Source: Oculina patagonica
Lineage: Eukaryota
Length of the DNA: 64,000 nucleotides
Assembly (NCBI RefSeq): GCF_052425735.1
Contig: NC_135761.1
Span: 62,682,001-62,746,000, forward strand
Direction: 5' to 3'
Shown here: positions 52,492 through 64,000 of the stretch, piece by piece
Numbering within the stretch: position 1 is the stretch's first letter
How the letters are laid out: every line of letters starts with the position of its first letter
Made by a program: the position numbers and the translations under genes
The notes under the pieces: generated by a model
Told to the model about the DNA's origin: nothing
Database searches by the model: none
Seen by the model: only the letters and a program-made list of their open reading frames with translations

Positions 52492-55400
52492 TTAAGTCCC
52501 CACAACACCTCTGGAAATTCCAATGAATGTTCATACATTTTCTTAAAGTTTTCTGCCTTTGAGATCCCTCCTAACTGCAGGATTTTCCAATCCCTTTTTG
52601 GGGGTTTTGAGGGGGGAAGTATGGAACCACGCATTACCAATGAGATGGTAGACATTTACTACAGGGATATATGATTTCCATGTGGTTTATTCATTGTGCA
52701 TCTGACTGATTTTTGGATTTCCCTTGCAACACCACCTGGGGGGGGGTACTCCCCTGTATCAGGTATATAGGTATGTGCCACCCCAAAGGGTATGGTTTTT
52801 GAGCTGTTTTGTTCTGAAAACAATATAGGGTTTGAACATTTTGGTCTGAAATTGGGTACGGTTATTGGGGGAACGTTCACGAAAGCTAATAAACTTATTT
52901 TTCTTCCCAGCAACCGGGGCGAGTAACTGGTGAGAGAGAAAATTTTACCTATTCACCTTTGTTACATTGACTTCCGTTCAGCACTGCATTATGCTTTGCT
53001 TTATCATGTACTACAACTTAGCCAGTGTGAAAATTTGTATATTTTCAAGGTCAGGTCTGAAAATGTGAATGGATTTTTGACGCCAGATCTGAAAACGGGT
53101 GTGGAAAATGGCATTTTTGGTTTGAAACTGGGTCTGGATTTGGAGATGCAGGCGGCACATCCCCACCAAAAATTCCATGGAGTACAACCCCCCCCCCCCC
53201 AGGCAACAGCATTAGATAGCATTCCACAGTTCCACCCTTCCTAGTCCCTGTGGCAGAAACACTTGATTTAATTTTAGGAGACAATAATTTTTGCTTAATG
53301 AACAAACATTTTATTTAGCTACAATGTTGGGTATTTTTGCTCATCAGCCAACATAGTAAACTGAGATCTGCTAGTGCTTAAAGCTAGCGATATTGAAACT
53401 GGTGAGTAGACTAGCCACCCTATGCTACATGTATATGTGTTACATGATGTATTTTTACTGGCAAGTGGAAAGAAGCCTTAATGTTCAAGCTACAATCCAT
53501 GTCATTGTGACAGTTATTTTACTATAGTACAGAGTGGTCTGAGCTAAGATGATCCTGAATTATGTATTAGTTTAAAGGTTGCCTGGTTACCAGTGCCTAC
53601 AGTTTGTGATTTAGAACACATCACCACAAGGCTCACCCATCCTCAAACCATCAAAGCCTTCCAATCTCAACGGCTGCCCTGCTTATTAATCAGGTGGGAC
53701 CTGGGCCCGATTTCTAATCTGTGTCAGATTTTTTTTTTTTTTTTTTTGTCGGTAAATCATTCCAGATGCACGCGGCCCAGCCGACTCCTTGGTCACGGTC
53801 ACACAAGTTTTGATGTTTCGGTTACCGATCGCTCGTATTTCAGTGTGAAGTGTATGTTTGTGTCATTTGTCCGTTTGATTCAGAGGGCACTGAATGTTTA
53901 CAATGCAAGGCCGAGAAGTGATTTGACATGTCCAAGCTAATTAAAAATGAAACGATTACCCACGGGCCCAGGGGACTCCTTGATCATGCAAGTTTATTTT
54001 ATTCAACATTGGAACAAAAAAAATATTTGCATGCTTAAGCATGAATTTATCCGGCAAGGCATGTGGCATAAGGCAAGAAATGATGTGATAAGGGAAATTC
54101 AGCTCACGCACACTCTGTGACTCACGCAAACACGACTTGTGTGTTTCTCAAGTGACTTTGTAAATACTTTTTAACTGTGCTGTGCCGTACCTTTTTGACC
54201 TTTCTAGCCAATTTAAAAAAGAACTGAAAAGAAGTGGTCAAACATTAACCGCCCGATTATAAACTACTTGAAGTTTCTTGTTGAATTTTTTGGGTTAATC
54301 ATTTTGATAACATGTTGCATTTTTTTAACCACCAAACAATGCACAAACTCTCTCTTAAACTCTCTCACTTTGTTAATTCTTATCCAAAATTAAAGAACAG
54401 CAACATTTTACAGACAAAAGAGAGTTTATTGTGGCAGACAGGAGTTCTGTTGTAAAATTACTCACAGAACATGACAAAAAGCTTACAGGAATTCGAACTG
54501 GAACAACATATTGTCAACAATAAAAAATAATACTCCAGATGCCATCCAACTAAACAAAGAACCCTCGGTTTCTCGAAACTCCGGATTTCTCGAACCAATT
54601 TCCGCATCTTGGAAAGTACTTCTCTGTAAGCTTAATCCCCCCCCCCCCCCCCCTCTTCCGATTTCTCGAGACAATTTTCGGCGCGAGAAAACGGGATTCT
54701 ACTGTAATTTCATTAAAACAAGCCATCAAGAAGCCAAAACAATTTCAGACGCTTGCAAATGATCGTAAAGAGCTGAGGGCAGGAAAATACAAGCTTATTA
54801 TCTTGAATTGAAAGCTTCATGAAGGAAGTGGCCGGAAGTGATCTGACTTCTTAGAGACTAAAGAAAAATTAATCTAAAGTAAAACCACACATATGTAGTA
54901 ACTGTGTGTATACATACCTCTCAGCTTTATACCTGATCAAGTGAACATTTAGTCTAAAAATCATCACAAACTGGCCTTCCAACGCATCAAACGCCTTGCA
55001 TGTCTTCGCACATTTCCGAGAAACAAGCAGTCCCGTTCCAGACTCCAACGGTTGCTACGCTTGAAATTAAATGAGGGACTGGTGTACCATCCCCAGTCTC
55101 CCCATGCATGTTGTTTTGTTATGAACTGCCGTGAAACGTCCATTTTACTAAAATCTTGATAGGTAACTGTGACCATACTATGAGGTCTGTTTTTGTAACT
55201 TTATTTTTGCCTTTATTGCTCGAATATTCAGCGGAAACCGCCTTATAAACAGCAATCTTTTTATAGGAATATCGTGGCTGAAACTGGCGAAAACACATTC
55301 TTCAAAATTCACAAATTTCTTAAAACAATATACCCAAGGCTGAGATTTTGTTGTTTTTAACCCCGCTAACCTACTAGCCGAAAATAATAGTTCAAAATGG

Positions 55401-55620
55401 CGGAGAAGAGGTATATCGGTCGTGGGGGGGTGGGGGGGGGGGGGGGGGATGGCGCACCAAAGAATACCACCAAATATATGGCGGCTGCACACTGTATTTT
55501 TTCAAAAACTATTTTCGCAATAACTCAGTCGTATAAAACGCTACAGAGATATAATTTGGACAAAATGTTTCTTTTTGCTTAAGGCGTTCAGATTCTAGAA
55601 TGTTGTTAAAGTTATGATTA

Positions 55621-56117
55621 CAGTAGAACCCCGGTAACTCGAACACCCCCGCTAACTCGAACTAACTTCCATTTCCCTTGGATTCGACCCCACTTTTCAG
55701 TCATTTTTACTCGGTTAACTCGAACTCGGATAACTCGAAAACCCCGCTTACTTGAACTAAATCTTGTTTCCCTTGAACAAAATTTGGGTCAAATTTACCC
55801 CGATAACTCGAATTCCGGTTTTTGAAACTCGCCACGGTTGCCCATTGATTAGAGCAACGAACCGATCAAGTATTTGACGCGGCCATTTTCCGGCCACTCT
55901 TATCATAAGAATATATGGTCGTGTTAGATTTTCCGACAAGATAAATTCAATTTGTACTGTACTGTATACTGAAGTACTGAAAAATCAGTAAATTTTCAAT
56001 TAATAACTTGGCAAATTAAATATTCAATCGACCCCGATAACTCGAAACCCCGCTAACTCGAACGGCTGTTTTTCGTACGCGTTTCCCTTCAGAGTTCGAG
56101 TTACCGGGGTTCTACTG
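55621..56117. mobile_element. TA-flanked MITE (CAGTAGAACCCCGGTAACTCGAA TIR)
   Basis: Both TIRs intact; the unit 1 counterpart (21831 onward) is interrupted or rearranged. Confidence 0.85.
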
Positions 56118-57983
56118 TAGTTGTGTCGCTGAAAGAATTTCACTCGGGAATTCATTCAAGCAAGAGTAACATTGCTTTAATTGTATTGTTGGTGTTGTAT
56201 AGTCAGTAGTTCTGTAAGTAATAAAATGTTGTTTGTCTTGCAATAATAAAAAATATAATCAGCAAATCTTCTTCTATCAGAACACAAAAAACTTATGATA
56301 AGTATCACAATGCTAAATAATGATGCATGTCCTTTGGTAAGCTTCAATAGCTGGAAATGTGGACACAATCTTTTTGTAGTTTTACCATGTTGGTGAACTA
56401 CCAGTCAAACGACAGTTATAATGCAATTCCATCTCCCTAACACCCAAGATAAGATTTACAGAAATCGCTGTGCAAAATTCAAAGAACTGAAGCATTATTA
56501 AAGGAGCAATGCCACGGTATTTTAAGTCATTTTTCAGATTTCTTTTAATTGATGGAAACCTCAAAATAATAAGTTTGTAAAGTAGAAATATACCAAAGTG
56601 ATAAAATCCCGAAAATAGACCGCAAGGATGGTTTCGACGGATGAAGATTAAAACAGAATACGATGGACAAACATGAATCTTTTTAAGATGCGTTTTCCGT
56701 GACAAAGCTCCTTTAAATAAGATACCACCTGTCCTAGCTAAATTTTAATCAACTCTTAATAACTGCATGCATTTTGTTTTTGAAACGCTAAATATAAAAT
56801 AGGAGATCAGCACTGACATAAGCTGAAAGTTTTATTTCTTCCTGGCACTGAGTAATCACGTTTGCTACACCAAAATAATTCAGCATCAAGCGATCCTAGC
56901 AGCTAAAGGTAACAGCTAACAGGTAAACTTAGGAAACGTTTCTCACAACCAGTTAGCAGTCAACCATCTAAGCATACATCTGACAAACAACCTTACAACC
57001 GCATTTTCTACGATAGTTTTTTTATTAATCGTGCTTCATTTTTCCTAACAATTTCCCATCACAGTGTAAAATATTACCAGGCTAAGTTACATAAAATATT
57101 TCTTTAACGGTATAATTTGGAGGTGTGTCTCCAATAACTCAAATTTGCATTAATTGTGAAATGTGGCAAGCGCCGTCCCTATTTTGGCTGCCCTATTATG
57201 ACTGAACGTCTTGTTTAATTGTTGTGCAATACAATTACTGTTCAATTTGCGGAATAGATTTCCATTCCCTTTGTTCGAGCTCTTTTCGGTTTATCTTGCC
57301 AGATAGCGTAGTGGGAAGAGAATCCACAAACTCCATCTAGAAGAATAATCAGGAAGAAATGTTAATTTATCATCGTGGTATCTTATCATCAAAGCTATTC
57401 ATTACTTCTAATCATTAATTGAATACACCGGATAGAGCTTGTGCCATTAAAGTTCGAGATGTCTTCGCACACGTTTATTAGCTCATATCTATCCTGCTCC
57501 TCTCTTTTACCCTTTTGTCATCATCATCATCATCATCATCATTATCGTCGTCGTCGTCGTCATCGTCATCGTCATCATCATTGACCTGATGTAATTATTT
57601 ACAAAGTTCTTGCAAAAGGACTTACCTTCGATAGACACATCCAACCCGCTGTACTCTTTGTCACGTGATTTTGAAGTTCCTTCATGATCTCATCTTGTTC
57701 TGAATTCTTGAACTCTTTGGATAAGATGACAAATGCTTTCACAACCACCTACAGAAATGCAAAAAATAAAACTTAAAATATACCATCTTCCCTGAAGGAA
57801 AATAGGCTATTTTCAGTATATTGGAATTTCGGCTTGGTAGCGAGGCCGAGAGGTCTGGAAAAAAAAGAAAGAACACGACACAGCAATAGTGTAAGTTAAT
57901 TTTGTTCATAAAACGTTCGAATATAAACATCGTAAAACAAAATTGTTTCATTCCCATACAAATCCTTATAAATCGAGTCTTAA

Positions 57984-58547
57984 CCCTCGGACGTACAAGC
58001 AAACTCATACCCCCATCATCGTACAAGGGGGGGGGGGGGGTGGATGGAACCCCTCCCCGGAGTTTTCGTTATATTAAGGTGTAGCGAAATTATTTTGCTC
58101 TCAGAAGAAAGCCTTTAGTTTACTCTACAAGATGGCATAATTTTAATTGGCTGTGACGTCACGTGACGTCATAAGAGCCGCCATCTTGGATCCGCCATCT
58201 TGGATTTCAACATTTTCTTAGGAAAGCACAAAATAACGGAAATTGATGCAAAATCAAGCTAGAATGCTTATGGAATGTAAAAATAAACAAATCTCACACT
58301 TCTGTTTGAAAAAACTGGAAAAAATCAAGAAAAATGTTAAAAATGACGATTTTTGGCAAGACCTGCTTGTATTTATGACGTTGCCATGGCAACGTCATAT
58401 ACCATGGACACATGGTTGACATATCAAAATTTTCGGCAGCTACCGAAAGTTTCAGCATTGTAGGGTAAATGCTTTTTTCAAAATTCGGAAAAAACCTTAC
58501 GGGGGGGGGTGGAATCCACCCCCCCCCCCCCCTTGTACGTCCGAGTG
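57984..58547. mobile_element. piggyBac-like MITE, copy
   Basis: TTAA TSD and the same TIRs. Confidence 0.88.
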
Positions 58548-59455
58548 TTAAACTACTGTGGCTCTTATCGTTAGCTTGGGCTGCCTGTGCTGGAACTGGG
58601 ATACACACACACACGCAAAAAATGGGAATGGGAAACACTTTAGCACATGAAAAAGCATATATTTTACATTCCATAATATTCCTTAAGGCATAGTTACAAT
58701 GTTGAAAACTCTGAAACGAAACCAAGGCCTGCAAGTAAGTGTCGATCAATTTTTGTGTCAGTGATTTAGTTAGTCACCAAAACAGCTATGACTTAGCATG
58801 CACATCCTTGTACCAGGGAGTTTGTTCCCTGCGACCAGCGGTCAGAAACGAAAGATCCTGGAAAGTTCTGATTGGAAGTCAGAAAATATCGGACTTCCGG
58901 TTGAATTACACGTGCCTGGTGTTTTTACATCCGGCCATTTTTATTGTTTTCAAAACCAATGACAATCGATTATGCAACAGAAATTTTGAGCGTCGCTTGC
59001 TTCGTCAAGCTTACGCAGTAGGGAACGGAGACTCGAGGTACGAGATTGGGCGGAACATGTGACGGCAATATAAACAATTAATTCCTCTACTAACCTTGTA
59101 ACACACACGGAAAATTGTAAATGAGAGATTCCTCTGAATTACTCACCAATAGAACTGGAGGAAACATTGATTTGGATGCGTGGAGTTGAAAATGTCAGAA
59201 AACAAAGGGGATTTACCGATTTCAGCGTGAAAATTTTTATATAGACTTGGTTGACCCAGGAATTTCACACAAGGCGCCATTCGTTCTCCGGACTCACGGA
59301 CAAATGGAAATGTTCAAAAAAGTGATAGTGTCAGTCAGGGTAGTCGAACGAGTAGTTGCATTTGAGAAAGGCTCAGTGAATCAGTAAATATCGATTTAAT
59401 TCTAATTTTCTTTTAAGCAAACGAACAAATGAATACATGAAAAGTAATGTACCCA

Positions 59456-59640
59456 GCGGTGGCCTAATGGTTAGCGTGCTCGACTCCGAGTCGAACGGCC
59501 CGGGTTCGAAGCCTGGCCGGGGCGCTCGATGGACTAGCATCCCATCCAGGGGGGAGTAGCAATACTCCTAGTCGCTTAATGCTACGAAAACCGGGATAAG
59601 CTCCGACTCTATGGGCCACTTAGGCTCGGACAGACTTTAC
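59456..59640 (+). mobile_element. tRNA-derived SINE, copy
   Basis: TSD TAATGTACCCA; near-identical to 26607-26791. Confidence 0.85.
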
Positions 59641-61869
59641 TAATGTACCCAACAGCATTGATAACTAGCAGAAATAAAAAGGTGATTTAGGTAAATTAAA
59701 ACAACACAATTACTGCACGCATAGTGCGTTTGAGACCAGTTTTTCCATTCACTGGGATTTACCAAAAATTTCACCGCTGGGACTGGAATTTGAGCAAATA
59801 AATAGGCAGAAAAATAGGCTAGGAAATAGGACCCTCTCATACCTCACTAGGGGCGCAGAAGTATTTTATATCTCATAGAGTGAAACGTCATCGCTTCTGC
59901 ATGCATTACTTGCCGTTTATTCTTTTTCAAGGAGATTGAATTTAGTACCCCTTAGAGATAACTTGTTTGTTGTAACCTAGTTTTGTTTCATTGTAAAGTT
60001 AAGTAAAGACCTGCCTGTACCGTGCATGCTGTGTGTGAGAAGTTGTTGCAAAATTGATGACTCTTAGGCGCGGTTCATACGCCGCATTTCTGCCGTGTCG
60101 AATTCAATTAAATGAATTAAATTCGGCAGAAGTTCAACGTCTGAATCGGCTGTCGAATTTCTGCCGCATTTAATTGAATTAAATTCTACACGGCAGAAAT
60201 GCGACGTATCATCCTAAATGTCTTTGAAATGACTTTATTTAAACATAGAAGTATTTATTGTTTACCTGTCTTTCTGAGTTAGGACTGCTGACCACAGAGT
60301 GAACCAAGATCTCGGTAACTGGGCCAGCCCTATTTTCTTGTAAAATTTTGGATGTGTTCATATGAGAAGGTGGGCCAGCCCGGTTACCGATATCTCGGTT
60401 TCTGCAACCGAGATCTCGACAACCGGGAAGAATATTTTCCCATATGAACGCTCCAGCCCGGTCGCCGGGACGCAACTTTTTTTGAGAAAATAGCTTCCCT
60501 TTCGTAATTGGGTGGTCCAAATGGTTTAATTTTGCCTTGTATCTATTTCCACTTCAGAAATATGCGAATTAGCTTTATTAATAAAGTTACAAGGGTCAAT
60601 AAAGCTACGATAGTCGCAAAAGATGCAACTTTATGTGTCGCCATTTTGCCTTCGTTTCTTGAATTTTATCCCCGTCAACCGGGCTAAAATTTTCCATATG
60701 AACAGAGGTCAAAATCCGTCCTGGTAATTGAGACAGCCCGTAAACCGGGCTCATGTGAAGAGGCCCTTAGTCAACCGTGCATCCATGGAGTTATGGATGC
60801 ATTTGGAAGGTTTGTCATGCACCTCGAGCACCTCTTGCGACGTTTTGTGCATATTAACATGTTTTTGAAAACAAAAAGTTTTTTAATGTAAAGTTGTATT
60901 TATACTGAACTGAAGGCTTTGACTGCATGGATGGCGTCTATGCTGAACTGAGGGCTTTGCCTGGATGGCGTCTAAAACAAGTATATACAAGTAACTTTCT
61001 GACCCGGATTCAGAACCCACAAATGGTTGATTTGTTGGATATGTTAATTCTATGTAATTCTATGTATTCTATGTAATTCTTATGTAAATTAAGTTTATAA
61101 ACACAAAACTGTCTTGATGACACAAGAAGAGAAATTTACTGCACACTAAAAAGCAAAATATTTGAAAAAAGATTTATGACTGCGCCTTGTTAAATAGTAT
61201 ATTAATTTTAAAATAAAACCTGGAAGTTTTAGTTTGATTTTATTCCTAGTTAAAAATTGCGATACGAATGAAAGCTTAAAAAAAAGTCACGCAAGTCGCA
61301 GAAATGCCGGTATCAGAGGTTTGCGTGATCCGGCGCGGCACAGCTATCTGAAATCACCGACGCGAAACAAGGAGCTCGAAGAAGCTTTAAACCGCGTGGA
61401 AAGTGTTTCCCTGCTTTTTCGCTAAAAGCAATTAAAGTTAAACTACTTTTTCGCTCAAAAAAAAATTGTTTAATTCACAGCGTGACACTCAAGACACAAT
61501 AAGTAACGCCAGTTATATCTGTTTTTAGGTCAGTCACGGCCCCTGACCTCTCTGTTTTAATGATGTGTGCTGCCCTGGTTCAGTTGTCGTTATAAACAAA
61601 AGCTGTTGTCCAAAACAGAGTAATCATGAAATATAGGCCCCATGTCGCCCGATCTAGAACTTCGTGCTAACTATCAACAGGGCTCACCTCAGGACGGAAT
61701 AAGAGGCAGTAGCGGCCGTAGTGGCTAAATAAAATCAGACAATATTTCGCAAAATGGAGAAGAGTAATCGTTTAGTTATTGAACAAATTTTCCACAAACG
61801 CATCTTTTACAGCTAGAGAAGCTTCCCAGAATATAGATTGGGATTTCAAGGTGTAAAACTACTCAATAA

Positions 61870-62099
61870 GGGACGGACCATTATTTTCTAGGAGGGGGGG
61901 GGGGGGATGAAAAATTTTACTCTGCAAACTTTTTTTTTTAGTTTATGCACCTCTCCAAACATTTTTTTCGAAATTCTAACTATTTTTTGTGATACATATC
62001 GTGTTTGCAAACAATTTATTTTGTCTTTTTAGGCCGTGCAAACAATTTTTTTCAATATTTTTCATCCCCCCCCCCTCCAAAAAAATAATGGTCCGTCCC
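61870..62099. mobile_element. PIF/Harbinger-like MITE, copy
   Basis: Same TIRs and TAA TSD as 29027-29256. Confidence 0.88.
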
Positions 62100-62295
62100 T
62101 AAGTGAAGGATAACAGATGCACGCCGCACGCTTATTCATTTCTTCAATACATTACACATTCGCAGCGCACGTCCCTGAACGAAGCGAATACCCTGCTCAC
62201 GGCCGCAGAGCGTGAGGAGTCTTTGGAGTCCCTGTGATTAAAATGCAAATAAGATTCCGGGTACCACATCATCTTTAATCCCGTTTTTCTTACAG

Positions 62296-63097
62296 GTGTG
62301 ATAGAGTTGCTTGGTGGCGCTGGAGGACTTGTTGAGTTCAAGGCTTCCCCTTGGCGTCTCATGGATTTGCTGCTCTTGCATTGGCCTACTTTGCTTATGA
62401 TGATCTACCAGAGTTTCCACCAACCCTCGACATGGAGTACTTTAAAGAGGCAGCTAACTGGCTCAGCAATCATCCAAAAGTCTTGCCGCGTGGTATTGGT
62501 GTTCATGCCATATGTTATGGATCATGGATTGCTTTATTAATGGCAAGCCTTAACATGAAAGCCATCAAAACCGTTGTGGCTATTTCACCTTTGGTAGTTG
62601 CTCATGTTTTACCATTTCAATACCAGGGAAAGGTCTCGGATGTAGTTCCTCTTGAAAATAGCAAGAAAATAACAACAGAGGATAGCTGCTGCTGGCGTTA
62701 CGCAGTTCCAACGCTCACCTCCGAATATAGCCCCCCAGTTTCCAAATACTCAGCTTTTACACCAGTCAATATCTCGTGTCCTGTTCTACTAGTCTTTGGA
62801 ACCGGCGACCTTCATGTCGATCCCGAGACATCGCAACTGATATTTGATCGCTTGAAGGATCATGGAAGAGAACATCTGTGTTCTATTTTACGTTATCCCG
62901 AAGCGGGACATCTCATCGAGCCGCCATACTCTCCACTCTGTTATGCTTCATACAACGGAACTACCAAACCGCTCGGTGATCCCCACCTGGTGTGGGGTGG
63001 GGAGACACAAGCTCACGCTAGAGCTCAAGAAGACGCCTGGCCAAAAATCTTAAGTTTTCTACGAAGAAATCTTCAACAGGTTAACTCCAACATGTAA
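62296..63097 (+). pseudogene. Orphan ACOT/BAAT exon 2 with a 1-bp frameshift
   Basis: 802 nt versus 803 nt for 29453-30255; GCTTCCCCTTGGCG versus GCTTCCCTTCTGGCG near 62343-62356. Confidence 0.8.
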
Positions 63098-64000
63098 CTG
63101 ATAGCAGGCCTTGTTCGCTTGCACTACAAGTAGAACGTTTGTCATTTTACTCATGGGAACGCTGCTAGCATTATTGACAATAGGGATAAAAGGGACAAAT
63201 GATAGATATGATTTGATGATGGCTGTTTTCAAACTAGAAGACGGACAGATCGTCTAGACGGACAAGTCGTCTGACGATTTCTTCGTCTAGTGTGAATTGA
63301 AAACGGCTTTTTGACGACTTGTCCGTCTAGACGACCAAGTCGTCTTTGAAAAGTCGTCTTCCAAGACGGACAAATTCAGACGACTTGTACGTCCAAAGTC
63401 GTGTCCCTCCCGTTTTCACACTAGACGACTTGAGTCACAGGTTTTCTTTTGTTTTACTCTTTACTATAACTATGGACTTGCAAATTTGAGAATACTCTAG
63501 ATCTTCATCATTGTTCTGTTTATATTCTGGTGAAGATAACAGCCATGTCACTTTTTCTCATTCATCATCATCATCATCATCATCATCGTTTTTATTTCGT
63601 TCCGGAGCTGGCATAGATGTTCTTTATCGTTATATCGTTACCAAATTGTAAGCGAGAAAGAATGGAAAGTTTTATTTCTTTCCTGTAGTTTCTACAGGAC
63701 AGAAGAGCGAGTTTGCGACAACCTCTGTAGCTCGTGAAAAATTCCCCGAGGTAACTGTATGGCGCAGAAATGTGGATCGCGCGTTCACAATAGGAATCCC
63801 ATGGGAAAACAATAGTGCCAAATAATGTCATTTTATCGTTAGTCGTAGCTTTTTCGGATGAAATTCGGCTCTTGGCCGACATCGAGTGTGTTCATCACAA
63901 TCATTGGACTAGACTGCTTGCTTGACGAGAGTCAGTCGTGTGTTCAATGGACTAACGTCGACCCGTGCCGCTTGGAAATTCTTAAAGAAAATTAAATAGA

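Larger units (their letters stand above)
57235..60298 (-). pseudogene. ACSM-like 3' remnant, copy 2 (exons 60298-60266, 57748-57626, 57336-57235)
   Basis: Same exons and splice sites as 24377-27450. Confidence 0.82.
56899..64000. repeat. Near-identical segmental duplicate of 24040-~31190
   Basis: Colinear, with only sparse SNPs and indels visible. Confidence 0.95.

Overview
AT-rich, intron-containing, repeat-dense animal DNA; the gene content and repeat types suggest a cnidarian, probably a stony coral (inference). The window holds two copies of a ~33-41 kb tandem segmental duplication. Each copy carries three parts. (1) A minus-strand NLR with three coding exons: an N-terminal HEPN-like domain (CXorf38/DUF4559-like, intact R-x4-H motif RNKWGH), a 14-aa-repeat coiled coil, and NACHT plus LRR. 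(2) The last three exons of a 5'-truncated medium-chain acyl-CoA synthetase (ACSM-like), which the ORF track largely misses. (3) A divergently oriented orphan exon 2 of an ACOT/BAAT-family enzyme with a Cys nucleophile. Between the copies lies one complete two-exon BAAT-like gene. NLR copy 2 is intact (~1969 aa). In NLR copy 1 the coiled-coil exon is split by a 4.6 kb nested insertion containing a ~4.2 kb foldback element. There are also many MITEs, tRNA-derived SINEs, LINE and Penelope fragments, and one assembly gap. The most notable signals are an NLR with a putative ribonuclease effector, and a head-to-head acyl-CoA ligase/N-acyltransferase pair co-amplified with it.
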